64,000 nucleotides of DNA from Phoronis australis (taxonomy: Eukaryota > Animalia > Phoronida): NCBI GenBank assembly GCA_002633005.1, contig NMRA01000511.1, forward strand, positions 77,716 to 141,715. Direction: 5' to 3'. The notes beneath the pieces are model-generated. The model saw nothing but the letters and a program-made list of their open reading frames with translations, was not told the DNA's origin and searched no databases. Both the position numbers and the translations under genes were made by a program. Shown here in pieces: positions 1 through 12,459 of this stretch (its first letter is position 1; every line of letters starts with the position of its first letter).

Positions 1-88
1 TTTCTCTCTAGAGGGTGTCACAATTCGCACGAGAGTGAGAGACCGGTGGACGGGAAAAAACGTGGAACCAGCGAAGAACTGCGTACCG

Positions 89-264
89 TCAAAAGGGGAT
101 GAATGCAGAGCACTTGACGGAGTGTGCTCGCATGCGATCGGCTCGTGTGAACATGCGCTTGCAGTAGATGCACCTGTAAGCTGTGTCTGTATGCTGTTGC
201 TTCATATGAGTGCGGGTGTTGTTCCAACTGCGAATCACTGTGTTGCACAGCGTACAACGGAAGC
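89..264 (-). CDS. Zinc-finger gene, alternative terminal exon B (one C2H2 + one C2HC finger)
   Basis: Acceptor gatgtcttgcAG at 266/265. The phase-1 frame reads (G)FRCTLCNTVIRSWNNTRTHMKQQHTDTAYRCIYCKRMFTRADRMRAHSVKCSAFIPF*. This frame is not in the ORF track. Confidence 0.85.
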
Positions 265-1807
265 CTGCAAGACATCAACAAGCACGTCTTAGACCAGTAA
301 CAACGGCCATCGGACAGGACGTGCATGCAAGCAACTCTAAACAAGAAGACCAGATCCTTCACAATGCTGTCCTACAGTACATGTATGTTAACAGACCACT
401 TGCGGTTTTCCGTCGCAATAACGATAATAAGTTTTCATGATTTTAGTGAAGAAAACAAGACACTGGTTTGAATACAATCCCCATTTCAGACAACTGACAG
501 TACACTGCCGACTACAAAAATGAAATAGATGAAAAAAAAAATAAAATAATACTCATAACCCCACCCCACACCTTTCTGGGTGGAGCTACTCTTGACAAAA
601 AACAGAACTTAATCACTAATTCGCTATATCAGATATCACTGAGTAAGATAAGGAGAAAGCACTGCCAAAACAGAACGTATCAGTTACCAGAAACCCAAGT
701 CTGCACTCCTCTTCATGGAGGTAGAAAACCACATTGTATGACAGACTTAATATCCACACTTCTGAGCAGAGGAAGGCTGTAGAAGACTGAAACACCACGG
801 CCCACACACATGTTCAAACACTTTATGTCCGCACTGAACTTAACTATGGTCTTTCACTATATTAGAATGGTATTTGAATACAAATTCATTTGATAAAAAA
901 CAAGGATTACCACTACTGCAGCAGAATGAGTCATTTATGTTGGAGTCAGCACTAGTGCGTATAATCTCACTAACATACAGTCAGACCATGTCCATAGGTA
1001 TGCATTATAATCAGTTGAAGAATAACATGACATTATGTTGTAACACTGAGCATCAACAACACTGAAATGTGACCACTTCTACATTTGGCAACTCTTAAGC
1101 CCCTTTCTCTTAAATTTTCCGGTCGCTAAACAGTTTTTGAACAGGCTCACGAAATGCCGCAATGCACAACATGTTATTTGGCAGTTCTAGGTTAACAGAG
1201 TCGTGAACCAGATAGTTTCGCCACCTGGTGATTGTGAGACAAGTCCCATAGTCCTACTGACATGCTACATAGTGGGTAAATACCGCATACTGTCCATTGC
1301 TTAATATCTAAGCAGAGAGAGAATATATTAACATGTATAAAATGCAGAATCATAGAGGGCGTTGTTGGTATGTCAGAAAGTGACCATTCTACACAAACAC
1401 CATTCCCTGCTACAAGTGTTAAACATGGAAGACAATATGAACCACAACACAGACAGTGCTTGCTATCAACCTTCACTTCATCACACGACTTGACGTCAGA
1501 GGGAACAAGTGTTGAACACAAGAGAACGACCATTTCATGTGAGCCAGTAACATCAACCAAGAGTCCATAGCAGCAGGCTTGGTATGCATTATGCAACCAT
1601 TCAAGGTAAGGTCGCTGACATTACTATATCATGTGTGCAGTAAAAAGGTGCCCTGTGAACAAGTGACTCCTGGCTCGTTTTCAACTACCTGACCATACAG
1701 TTCAATTGTAACTAGCTGTAGACTACCATGACCACTTCGACTTGACAACATCCACACTTTCTGTCAATAAGAATTAAATCCATCAAGTGGAGACAACTCC
1801 TCAAGTG

Positions 1808-2124
1808 TCACTGGAAGTGCAACTCCGGATTATGAGGACACTTTTTCTCATGAGTCTTGGCATTGTCCGGCCGGCTAAACACCTTGCGACAATGGCGGCA
1901 CTGATACACATGTCGCACGTCCACTGGCCGTGCGTCGCAATACTTTTCATGACGCACGTGAGAGTCACGCCGGGTGAACCGTGCTGCGCAGTACCGGCAC
2001 GACACGTTCCGACCACATACTCCCTCGTGCTTGGTGAGGCTGGCTGCATTGTGGAACTTATTGCCACAGTTTGGACATTGGAATCCAGTGCCTAGTAAGC
2101 CTCTGTCAGACATGTACGCCAACC
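1808..2124 (-). CDS. Zinc-finger gene, alternative terminal exon A (three C2HC fingers)
   Basis: Acceptor tttctgttgtAG at 2126/2125, phase 1. Fingers CPNC-x12-HEGVC, CRYC-x12-HEKYC, CRHC-x12-HEKKC; stop at 1808. Confidence 0.88.
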
Positions 2125-5100
2125 CTACAACAGAAATAAGCCGTCGTCACCGCGCACCGCCTCACCAGACCCGATGACTGCATCAGAACAGACACACATC
2201 ACGAGAGTCTTGACAACCCCAACACACTTGAGTCAACTGGCAATCACTGGTAGGCATGCTCTTCTTCAGTAGTTTCTCAAATGAGGCGGTGACCATGAGA
2301 GTTTTAATCTTAGCAATGTTTCTATTTTGTTTCAATATACTTATGATCATAGGAAGAGATATTTAAGCATTTTGATGTAGTAAGACTACCTTGCTGATAT
2401 TTAAAAGGCTACTCAACTATAACAGTGTTAGAATCATTATGCCTCAAGGCATGATATCCCAGGACATCACCCATTTGTAGCTATTTATGACCCAGTCATA
2501 TTCAATATTTATGCATATAATTGTCAAGGTATCACACACAGTTTGTTTATATCTCATGTTCACACACTCTATTGGGCTATTTACACGTTCGTTCTAAACC
2601 TCAATTACTTGGACCCTGTTTTGGAAGCCAACAAGTCTATCATTGGTAACCCGTAAATTATGCTTGTAAACTACAGGCATACTTTTCACAAAGCGTTTTA
2701 CGAGCGTAACCACACTTCCCAATGAGACATTTGGTTGTAGGTCACGTGAGCCCTAAAGAACTTGAGCGCTCGTAAAATTACGTTCAAAAAGACAACCACC
2801 AATTACAATAGCCTAACTCATAACTGTGAAAATGGCCAAACTTGGCTACAGTGGGATCATCATATCTCAGATATGGCTGAATGGAGTCATGAAAAACTTT
2901 CAGACACCGTGCTTCGTGCACTGTTCTCAAAAACAATTAGGTATTGTTTTCAAAGTGTTTCACTTTTGCTTGAGATGCTATCAAAAATAAGGCTTTGATG
3001 ACATTCCAGAAAAACATCGAAAGTTGAATAAAACGAAAACAAAGTCATAATTTAGAAAACTATCATGCTGACACTCTTGGTTTTAAGAGCATGATACAGC
3101 AGCGTAATTTATGTGCATAATTGACAGGTGACATTTTCCTCCAAGTGGCCAATGATACAGTCAGAGCAACCCTTCTCTCTCCAGCCTGTTCCACACTATC
3201 CACTCAATACACTAAGTGTGTCATATACAGCCATAATGTGAAGTATGTTGCATCACATGCCTACCAATATAGCACATCAAGTGAAGTTTGTTGCATCGCA
3301 CGTCAATCAGCTCAGGCATTGACACTTCAACACAAAGCAAAGGTATGAACTCTGTGATTAATGAGCCCTGTTCGGCTACGACTAGTAGGGGTTATACAAG
3401 GAACTGCTGTCAAAATACACCGCGACCAAGCAAAACTTGTTTCATAAGGGGCTCACAGTGCTGCCTCGGCTGAAAAGCAAGCGTTCTTGTGTCAAGGATG
3501 ACAACGGGGAGACATAGCAATTTAGGGAGTAGCAAACAACAGATGTATTCCCACGGGCACTAGAGGTCTCCTCCTTCCACACTCAACAAGTTGAACATGA
3601 CACAGAAAGTTTCAACACACAACACGTGCAAAACGTGCCACTTCTGTTTCACTGATGCCTTTGTGTTTGATGAATTACCCAATAATGTGAAGCAATTTGA
3701 CTGTCAGGCACGGACACAGCACAATAGTACTGTGTGCGCCCGTCCTAGTGTGGTCAAAGAAGCTATAAACCTACGTTCCTGCAAAGATTTAGCTTTTAAT
3801 TCCGACCAATTAAAACTATAAAATTGATCTCAACTTGTTTCTACCTCAGATGTGAAGTGCCTTGGTTATAATTGCTAAAGACCATGCTCAGCTGACTACT
3901 GACACGCCCCCTAGCGGAGCCTGATCTTAAACAACTACAAGAAACCAACTTTGAGACCAATTTTATAATGGCAAATTGTGTTAATCAAAAGTTTCTGCAA
4001 ATGAAGGCCAATTTGTAGCTGCATCAACGGACTGTCACACACGAATCACTCAAGCCACAGTGTATATGTATGAGGTCAGTGGTCAGATTAACACAAACGG
4101 GTATTGATGGTACACTAATGGTACACTACCAGCATACAGGAGGCAAGGTGTGACCAAAGCTCATCAACAGTCCGTGACCACATATTTACACAACCTTGGT
4201 CTTGCATGATAAATTGTTAACGCACAGAGAGTGAATTCAAACTAAGAGAGGGGTTTACAATAAATGACTGCAGACAGACTGCGGGCCTAATTACAAATTC
4301 AAGTACAATAAACTTCGCACAAGTCAGAAACAACCACATAAAGAGTTATTCTTCAAGTGAAATACAACTCAACCTATCAGAAGAGACTAGAACACACAAG
4401 AACAACGGAACTTTGTCCGTGTCAAGCAAAGATATGACTCAGGCACCAGTGCTTTCTACAACCTGACTCGACTTGTAGTAATAACAAGTTTGGATTTTGC
4501 AGTAGTGAGTTCAGCTTTCCCGCCAGCATATCCAAAAAAAAAGCGAGTAAGAACAAAATAGATTATCCCTTTCTTCAGACACATTTTAAAAAAAATTGGC
4601 GACCATTCAGTGTTCAATTATCCCGAGGCCTCACATACGTTGAAACGTCTCACAAGTGGACATGTCAATAGACTTTGTAATTTCCAATGAAAATGCGTTT
4701 TCTGTAGTGGAGAACACAGTGCTGAGTACATCTACGCCAGCTTCATTGCATGCATGATATGTAATGAAGAATACAACTCAACCTGACATGTCAAGTGCTT
4801 CTTGTGTACAAGTGCGCATATCTGGAAATCATCATTTGGTGATCAGTTTCACCAAGGGTCCATTCAGGAATAAAGTAATGGATACAGTGGCGTTCAAGAA
4901 AACAGTCAAAAGTACAAATTCCAAGTTTCAGTATGCGTTGACCTTGAAGACACCCTAGTTTACCCATTTTTAAAAACAAAGAATTTTATTCCCCAACATA
5001 AAATTCTGTTTCGTAAATTGTCAAATTCAGTTTTACTGTTATGAAATGGTACACGACAAAAAAGATTCGAGAATTCCCTAACTATTACCACTGAGAAGGG

Positions 5101-6458
5101 TCCCAAGTCAGTTTCTCCAATGCCATGTTGCACGCCATGTATATTGTTTCTCAAAATTGGAAAAGAAAAAGCAGCAACAGAAACAAAGAGTAGCTAAATA
5201 GCTGGATTATGTAGAATTAGATAGATCGCATTCATAGTTTTGGGTTATTGTTAGACAAACATATTAGAACTCTGGTACCCTTTATTGAAACATGGAAATT
5301 CCGCTTGAAATGTCAACTGAACCTCTTCAAATTTTAAGATCATTTTCCAAACACGAAAAACAAGGTATAAAGTACTAAGAATGCACAGGCAGTAGACAAA
5401 ATAATCACAATCTTTTTCTCAAAAAAAAAAAATGAAATACTAAGCTGACAATGAAAAGTAAAATAGATAAATCAAATTCTTCAGTTTTATTTCTCAAAAC
5501 ATTGGTTCCAAAATGGCACTATCATGAAGTCAATGTCCATCTTTGAGGCCAAAGACTGTGGACTTGAAGTGAACACAGGGACAGTGGTATCAAGTTGACA
5601 ACTACTCAAACCTAGCAGAGGTCTTTGTTTTTTATTTTAGTGGCAATACATTCAAAACTTATGTCAATATAGAAAGCATATGTGGTCTTTGGCAGAAAAA
5701 TTGTCATCTCACGCCCGGAAAGTAGAATAGGTAACTATTTTCAAAAAAGGCATACCAACCCTTAACACACACACACACACACACCTGAAGTTGTGACAGC
5801 AACACCAAAAAAAAAAAAAAAAAAAAAAAAAAAANGATTACTGAATGCAATGGTGCAAGCAGTTAATCTCTAAGGAAAAGGAACTTTGCACAGTTGATTC
5901 AGTAAGAGGTGCATATGCAAGCCTAACATGGCCATACAAGTAAGTTTGAAGACACTTGGCGAGTCAGGTCAAGTATAGAAACACCAGAACAGCACAGTAT
6001 CCATGTTGACGCTACAGAAGACAGTGCCCCCTACCTGTTCACAATCAAACCAGGTTTCTGGGTGCACTATTGACTTGTAAACAAATACTGTTAAAAATAA
6101 GAAATTGTGGCTCAGGACCAGGGGTACTTAATTGGCTGGGACTGCAAGGTTCCAGGTTTAGTTGGAACAGAGGACAACAACAGTGAGGTCATGAAGATGT
6201 CATCCACTGGGTCAGCTTCCAGATCAAGATTGAAACTGTCTTCATGAAGATTACTGCATTGTGAGAGTGTAATGTCAAGACAAAAGGACATGATATTAGG
6301 CTCATGACAAAAAATGGTACAATTGTTTCTATGCACCAACCTTCCAACTTCTTTCCTGCACCTTTTCTCATATTAACCTGTCTGCAAGTGGTTGAGGAAG
6401 CGACATGCAGATACTGTACTGTTCTGCCATCTAGTGGTGAAAGCAAATGAGTGCTTAC

Positions 6459-6550
6459 CTGAATCCGTTTGAACAGTGTGTGTTTCCAAAAGTTCTGTAA
6501 CTGAGTCGCGTGCACCGGGTGTACGTTTCGCTGACAATGGAGATGGGCCG
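6459..6550 (-). CDS. Zinc-finger gene, last constant exon
   Basis: Acceptor tttacatttccttgcAG and donor G|GTAAGC. 92 nt, phase 2 to phase 1, GPSPLSAKRTPGARDSVTELLETHTVQTDS. Phases match both neighbouring exons. Confidence 0.8.
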
Positions 6551-7206
6551 CTGCAAGGAAATGTAAAGCTTAGCACCACTTGTACCAGAAGGCTGCCCTA
6601 AGCCCAACATCTGCAGCCGAAAGGATAGCACTTTGTGGCGCTTAGGAAAACATTCACAATGATTTTCAGGGCATCAAAATAAAATTGAAAATTTAGACTT
6701 TGCCATCAAGTGCAAATTGAGTGAATCTCACTGCATACTATTATTAACAATACAATTCACATGTGTAAATATTAGATTAAGTTTCTAAAATTAAGTCAGA
6801 TTTATGTGATACCGTGATAAGGCCCAATTCGAATTCTTTGAGGCTAAATGGTTCACATGACATCACCCAACTGACGGGCAAAGTAATCTCCTTTAACAAC
6901 AAGCCAAGTAAATGTACCTGGCGTGTGGGAGGAAGCAATACAAAACCCTTTTCTATGGCAACACACAACTGGGCTGTGTGTTGGTGTATCAACTAAATGG
7001 ACGGAACTTCCCAGTGCAGAGACCACGGTGAAGAAACTTAAAGTCCCTGATAATTGTCCACTATGGGAGAATTGCGAGACTGCTTACGCGTGGAATACTC
7101 GGGCGATTAAGTACAGTATCACTGGTGCACTTTAAACCCACCATACCTAGATATAGTGCTAATGAATACCTAGGGCAAGGATATTAGTTAAAAAGTGCAT
7201 AATTAC

Positions 7207-7942
7207 GTGGATGGTCCGGCGCGTGGAGTTGTGGGTGTGAGCATGGGTTTATGAACTGGTCTTGCAACTTGTGGTGACATCATGTGAGGAACAGGCATGC
7301 CTGGAACCAAGTGCGACACACTGGTCACAGGTTCCCCTGCTGATACGCTGGCGCCACCACCATACCTATCCAATGTACCGGCGGACTCACTGAGCCACAA
7401 ACTACTGTCACCGGCCTCGCTCACTGCTGGCTTCACATCCTCTCCCTCAGAGTCTGAATCTAACATAACAATGTTTTGGTCCTGCTCCATTTTTATTGCC
7501 ACTGCTGACTGTTCTGCAGAGCTGGCATCAGCCACAGCCACAGTCGCCACCGTTGTGTTCAAAGCAGAGTCAGATGCTGAGGTTGTTAGTGGACTAGATT
7601 CCATCTGTTGCGAAGTCGCTATGCTTGCCGAAGGTGTCGGCGGCAATGCAGGTGTCCTCACACTACGTGATATGGCATTTTTTAATATATTAGCCACGAC
7701 ACTCTTGGGTCGCGCTGGTCGGGCCCTATTAACCCCGCCACGACCCCGTCTAGCGGCTGTCCCGTGATTACCACGCCTGTTGAACGAGAGTCCAGAGTAG
7801 CTCCTAGGCTGACTAGCACCAACAGTGGAATTATGTTGAGAAAGAAACGCTGCACTTCCCAACTGCACATTGCCGCCCTCCTTGCTCCGTGGCCATTGTG
7901 ACGGATCATTGCCTGCTGACCACGATGCTGAGTTTTCATCAC
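7207..7942 (-). CDS. Zinc-finger gene, large constant exon (low-complexity linker)
   Basis: Acceptor ttatcttcAG and donor AC|GTAATT. 736 nt open, phase 1 to phase 2. Contains a basic RRGRGG tract, a SUMO-type motif IKME and a SIM-like NIVMLDSDSE. Confidence 0.82.
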
Positions 7943-9002
7943 CTGAAGATAACACCATGTTAGAACACAACAAATATACCCAACGCAGCAAACAACTGCA
8001 GCGGGGAATGTAAAAGCAGATGTCAACCAAATGTGAATGAAATCAAACACAGCAGTGTAACATGGATGGGCCCAGAAAGTGTAAGTACTCCACAAACCTT
8101 CTAATCAATGCACACAAATAACCTCAAGCTCTTAACACATCGCATTAACAACATTAAACTTCACCCAATGAGTTTGGATCACTTGAGTGGAGTTTGATAA
8201 CTATTGTAAGAATGTTTAAAAATCAATGCTTCAGCAGATCAGAATCTTGTGGAGTTGACAAAATCAACCTAACTAGAAATGGACCTCATGTCACGGGGCA
8301 TTCTGCTATAGGGCAACAGTCGGATATGACGCGTCCACAATTTGAGAACCAATTTCCTCAACTGAATAATGGACTGGTTCTCAAAACACGGGCACTTCAT
8401 ATCCCGCTGTTACCTGTTGCATTGCTTTATTGCTGTCTTTGTGGGATGTTGAATCACTACTGTGAAGCAGGTGAAACTAGTAAGACTGTGTGTTCCTCAG
8501 CCTACAGGCAGTTTGGTAGGCTTGAAGAGCGCAAGTAAATGGCATGCCTTCATTTGAAACTGAGATATAATGATGCTGACCAGCCACTGAATTGTCTCTG
8601 TTCAGGTGAAAACTGTGATGGTGTTCACACTGTGTTACACATGTACAATTGACCTCATAATGTTCCTTGTCCATATGACTTCATTTCTGTTGCCAAACAA
8701 AAACATTGAAACTATCAGCGACACCAGAAAAGGCTTCAAAGTTAACTGGGGTTAGCCAAGCCTGGGTTAGCCAAGCCGACATTGCCCATTTGAAAATGGT
8801 GCATGTGCGCATTGCCTCCTCTTACTCGAGTTATTAGTTCATGTGCCAGTAATTTAAGATCGATGAGCTTGGCAATTTTCTAACCTCAAAGGGTTTCGCT
8901 CAAGAATTCAACACTGACAGCGTAACAGGGGCAAAATGCAACTAATGCACATGGCCTTCCAAGAAATGCATGTGAAAGCTGCAAATATCATCAAGGATAA
9001 CC

Positions 9003-9135
9003 CCTTACTGTCTGTTAAGAGTCATGTGACCATACGCACAAATGACTAACCACTTATTGTCTGTTAAAGAGCCATGTGACCATACACACATAAAGGCTAA
9101 CCACTCACTGTCTGTTAGAATCATGTGACCATATA
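9003..9135. repeat. ~50-bp tandem triplication spanning the exon end and donor site
   Basis: Three copies of (c/t)tgtctgtta..g(t/c)catgtgaccata at ~9008, ~9058 and ~9108. Confidence 0.8.
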
Positions 9136-9247
9136 CTTTATACTCTGCCACCTTCAGGTCTAACCAGGCCACAAAATGAGATATAGTGTCGCCTTTGGCT
9201 TGTAGAATCATGGAGCAGAAGTTGACGCGAAGCCTGTCTGCATCCAT
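9109..9247 (-). CDS. Zinc-finger gene, first coding exon (short helical N-terminal domain)
   Basis: Acceptor tttgcAG at 9295/9294, ATG at 9247, MDADRLRVNFCSMILQAKGDTISHFVAWLDLKVAEYKVYGHMILTD. Strong phase-1 donor A|GTGAGT compatible with the exon starting at 7942. Confidence 0.72.
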
Positions 9248-9819
9248 CTTGAATGTTCACCACACTGTTGAAGTCACCCAGGGGTAGCAGAGTCTGCAAA
9301 GCACAAGACTACACTTTGGTTTGAGTAACACATAACCTCGGATTCAATAACGTTATGCCAATACATAGCAGGCCTTGACAACAAGCAGCAGCTTGTATTC
9401 ATAACCTGAAATTTGGAAATAAGAGCTGCGATTCTGACAGACTCACATTAGTCGTATATTAGCCAAATATGCTACTTTCTGAAGGTGCAACACACACACT
9501 CGCTATGCCATGAAAATATCCTTCCTCATATGACACACAGCGAAGTTGACTTAAGATCATACATCACAGCTATACTGCAAGAGTAACAAAAAAAAAACAA
9601 AAAAAAAACGTGGCGCGTGAGTACACATTTTCATGTGTTTTCTCTAAGGCAACACTATTCAAAAGCCCAGGAAAGTCTATGTTTTTATACATTGCAGGGT
9701 TTCCCGTGTGTAAACTTCTGGGAGGCCCGCCACGCTCCTGTTTGGCCACACCACTCGTAAATCATACTCAAATTGACCGCCACACACCTAATCATGACGG
9801 GTAAACTTCACTGCCACGC

Positions 9820-9960
9820 AAAAATCGCTAGTAAAAATGATCGCTAGTGATCGCTAGTAAAAATGATCGCTAGTTAAAAATGATCGCTAGTAAAAATGAT
9901 CGCGAGTAAAATGATCGAGAGTAAAATGAATCGCAAGTAAAAAAATGATTGCTAGTAATA
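9820..9960. repeat. ~16-bp minisatellite (aaaaatgatcgctagt)n
   Basis: About 8-9 imperfect tandem copies visible. Confidence 0.9.
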
Positions 9961-10439
9961 ATGAATAAGTACAAGTCACAAGGCACCTTTCGCTGTTTGT
10001 GGATCGAAAGGTAAAAATAATAATTTTACATTGGGATCTTGAATTGTGCCCCAGTTAAACACAATCATCCAATCCCCAATCCCTTTTTGTACCTCGTTTC
10101 TGCCTGGTTATCTGACAATGCATATAAACTTAATACAGCCGGGGACCAGGCAACGACCTCGATACGAATTTTCTAACATGTGCCAGGGCTGGCTAATGAA
10201 GTAAGAAACAGTATGATTTCTGCTTCATTAATTTTATTGTGTCCGAGTTTACAAAAGACATTATGAATTATACTGCAGGGCATGACATCCAACTGTTCAA
10301 TCAACAATAGCCCCGCGCCAAAATGGCAATATTGAAGGTATTCTCAAACTCGTCTGCATCATGTGGACTGGATTATACATCGTCTGCTACGCCGGCCAAC
10401 GCCATTCCACTATCGTTGATTTATGTTTAGGTGTATTCC

Positions 10440-11450
10440 ACAGTATTCGTTTTGTTACAGATGTGACATTCAGACACTTTAAATTCCAATATAAAATTAG
10501 TGAAACATCACAGTAGTAAGAAATTTTAAGTACACATTACACACTTGATGGAAGCACTTCAGGTATCAAAAGTTTTTAATTCTGCACATTATAAGTGTAC
10601 TAAAATTTACTTTTAATTAGTGTTACAGATGTGACCGAAAATGCCATGGTTAATATGCTAATGGTGGTTTGTCTAAAAACTCTGTTCTGTCTTTCATATT
10701 ATGGAACTAGTTTCCCTATAGATAATTTAACTATTTATTTGGCTATAACATGAAGAAAAGGTTTTTGAACTAAAATCAAGTCTTTGTATAATTATGAGCA
10801 ATTTAAAAAAACCACGTGCGTTACAGATGTGACTGTTACAGATGTGACTATTTGGCACTTGCACTATACAGAGTTGTAGAATGCAATTTTAATGAAAACA
10901 AAGCTAATAAAATCACATTAAGTGTATGTAAGGGTTGTGGGTAAACTATTTTAGTGTTTTTGATAGATGGAGTCTTAAAATTTACTTTGCTTGTTTGCGT
11001 GCACCTGTGTTTTGAGCTTCATTATGAAATTGTGGTCACTGAGAGAAAAATACAACAACTATACCAAGTAAGTCCTTAAACCACCTTGAAAAAGTTGAGT
11101 TTAGTAACAGGAGTAAATCAGGTACAACTAACTAAGACCAACATAAACACTCATGCAGGTATAATTACGAAGTGACGTGAAATGCTGACATCACGTACTG
11201 AGCTAAAATCTTAGGATTAAATTTTGTTTAGGCTGCGACAGTTGGTTGTCCTTGTAAATTATTCTGAGCAATGATTGATATGCAGAACAGGCAGTTTTTT
11301 GATTATTTGGTCCAAGTCGATCCATGTGGTGTCGTCTTGTGCTGGTAAACTGAACGCAGTCTTGTTACTATCTGTTTTTCTCATGACAGTGACTTTGATA
11401 CCATCTCTTTCAACCATCATGATCTATGCAACGTTTGAGCTCCTAGGACA
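10440..11450 (-). mobile_element. Probable DNA transposon relic with repeated GTTACAGATGTGAC motifs and a decayed coding fragment
   Basis: The motif occurs at 10454, 10622, 10820 and 10835. The minus-strand fragment IKVTVMRKTDSNKTAFSLPAQDDTTWIDLDQIIKKLP (~11295-11410) resembles C-termini of pogo-like transposases (recollection, unverified). Confidence 0.4.
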
Positions 11451-11454
11451 CAAT

Positions 11455-12292
11455 TGTTCCATCAAAATTGGAATCCTAGCGTGAAACAAATATCCCGGAG
11501 TCTAAACAGCTAACCAGCCCGAAAAACAAACCCGGCTTTTAAAACGCGAACCCCAGTGATCAAATAGGGAACCTTGACAATTTTTCAAATTTTCTAAGAC
11601 AACGTCAATAGCCTCAAACTGAGCATTTTCTAGTACTTTCCATTTGTTTTCTGAATTTGTTAAAGATTAGCATTAATAAAACGTAACTTACGTTATGTTG
11701 AATTGTTGCTTAAACTCGTGCAATTTGTGGTCACCAACTCTTCTGTTCTTGTCTTCAAGAAGAGTTACTTCAACTTCTCAATGATCACTAAATTTGGAAT
11801 CGGAATTTCTGAACTCCACGCATTCACATGCTTTTTTGGTAGATAATCCCTCAGAATTCTGTGACCATTGTGGCATCCACCACTCAAGCACATGCCATTT
11901 TTCATTGTGCACCCTGTCTAGTACACTGTACACATCCTCGATTTAAGAATGAACACTTTTTGCTACAGATCAGTCCTAAGTTGTTTAAAACAACATATCA
12001 CATCAACTATTTAAAATAGGAAGATTTATTGTTTCATCAAAATGTGAAATTGATACAAGTCGTATGAACACAGAGTGCTAATAAAGGCACTATTTTCTTG
12101 CGATAAACAATGTTGGAAAGCAAGTACAGGAGTGGTGTTTCGGTCCGGGGTGTCCTGTCTGATCCCCAGGGTTTCTGTTTTAGAGGTCGGGGTTTGTGTT
12201 TTTCGGGCTGGTAAGCTGTTTTGAAGGTGCGGTAGTACGTTTTTGACTCTGGCCTATCTGCTTAACACCGTAATACCAGTTTTGATGGAACA
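11455..12292. mobile_element. Foldback/MITE-like element with ~110-130-bp imperfect terminal inverted repeats
   Basis: TGTTCCATCAAAA..cagctaaccagcccgaaaaac at 11455-11561 mirrors 12161-12292. No clear TSD. Confidence 0.7.
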
Positions 12293-12459
12293 TCTTGCTT
12301 GAAACGAATACCTCGGAACTCANTGCCTTGCCTAGACGTCATCTTGAGTCATTGAGCATTCAGTGCCATAAGTTGATGTCAACAGTTAAACTAATGACCT
12401 AGTTTGTACTTGAATGCCACTGGTTGATTTAGAAATGAGACTGAACCCCGAGATCTTAA

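Noticed and set aside
3591-3821. Plus-strand CKTCHFCF as an antisense (trans-spliced) zinc-finger exon
   Set aside because: No His/Cys ligands at finger spacing and no convincing acceptor.
2125-6300. Further short phase-1 terminal exon candidates (acceptors near 2178, 3470, 4702, 6013)
   Set aside because: They give only short featureless peptides and cannot be distinguished from chance AG sites without transcript data.
7297-7767. 156-aa plus-strand ORF
   Set aside because: Antisense shadow of the constant exon 7207-7942.
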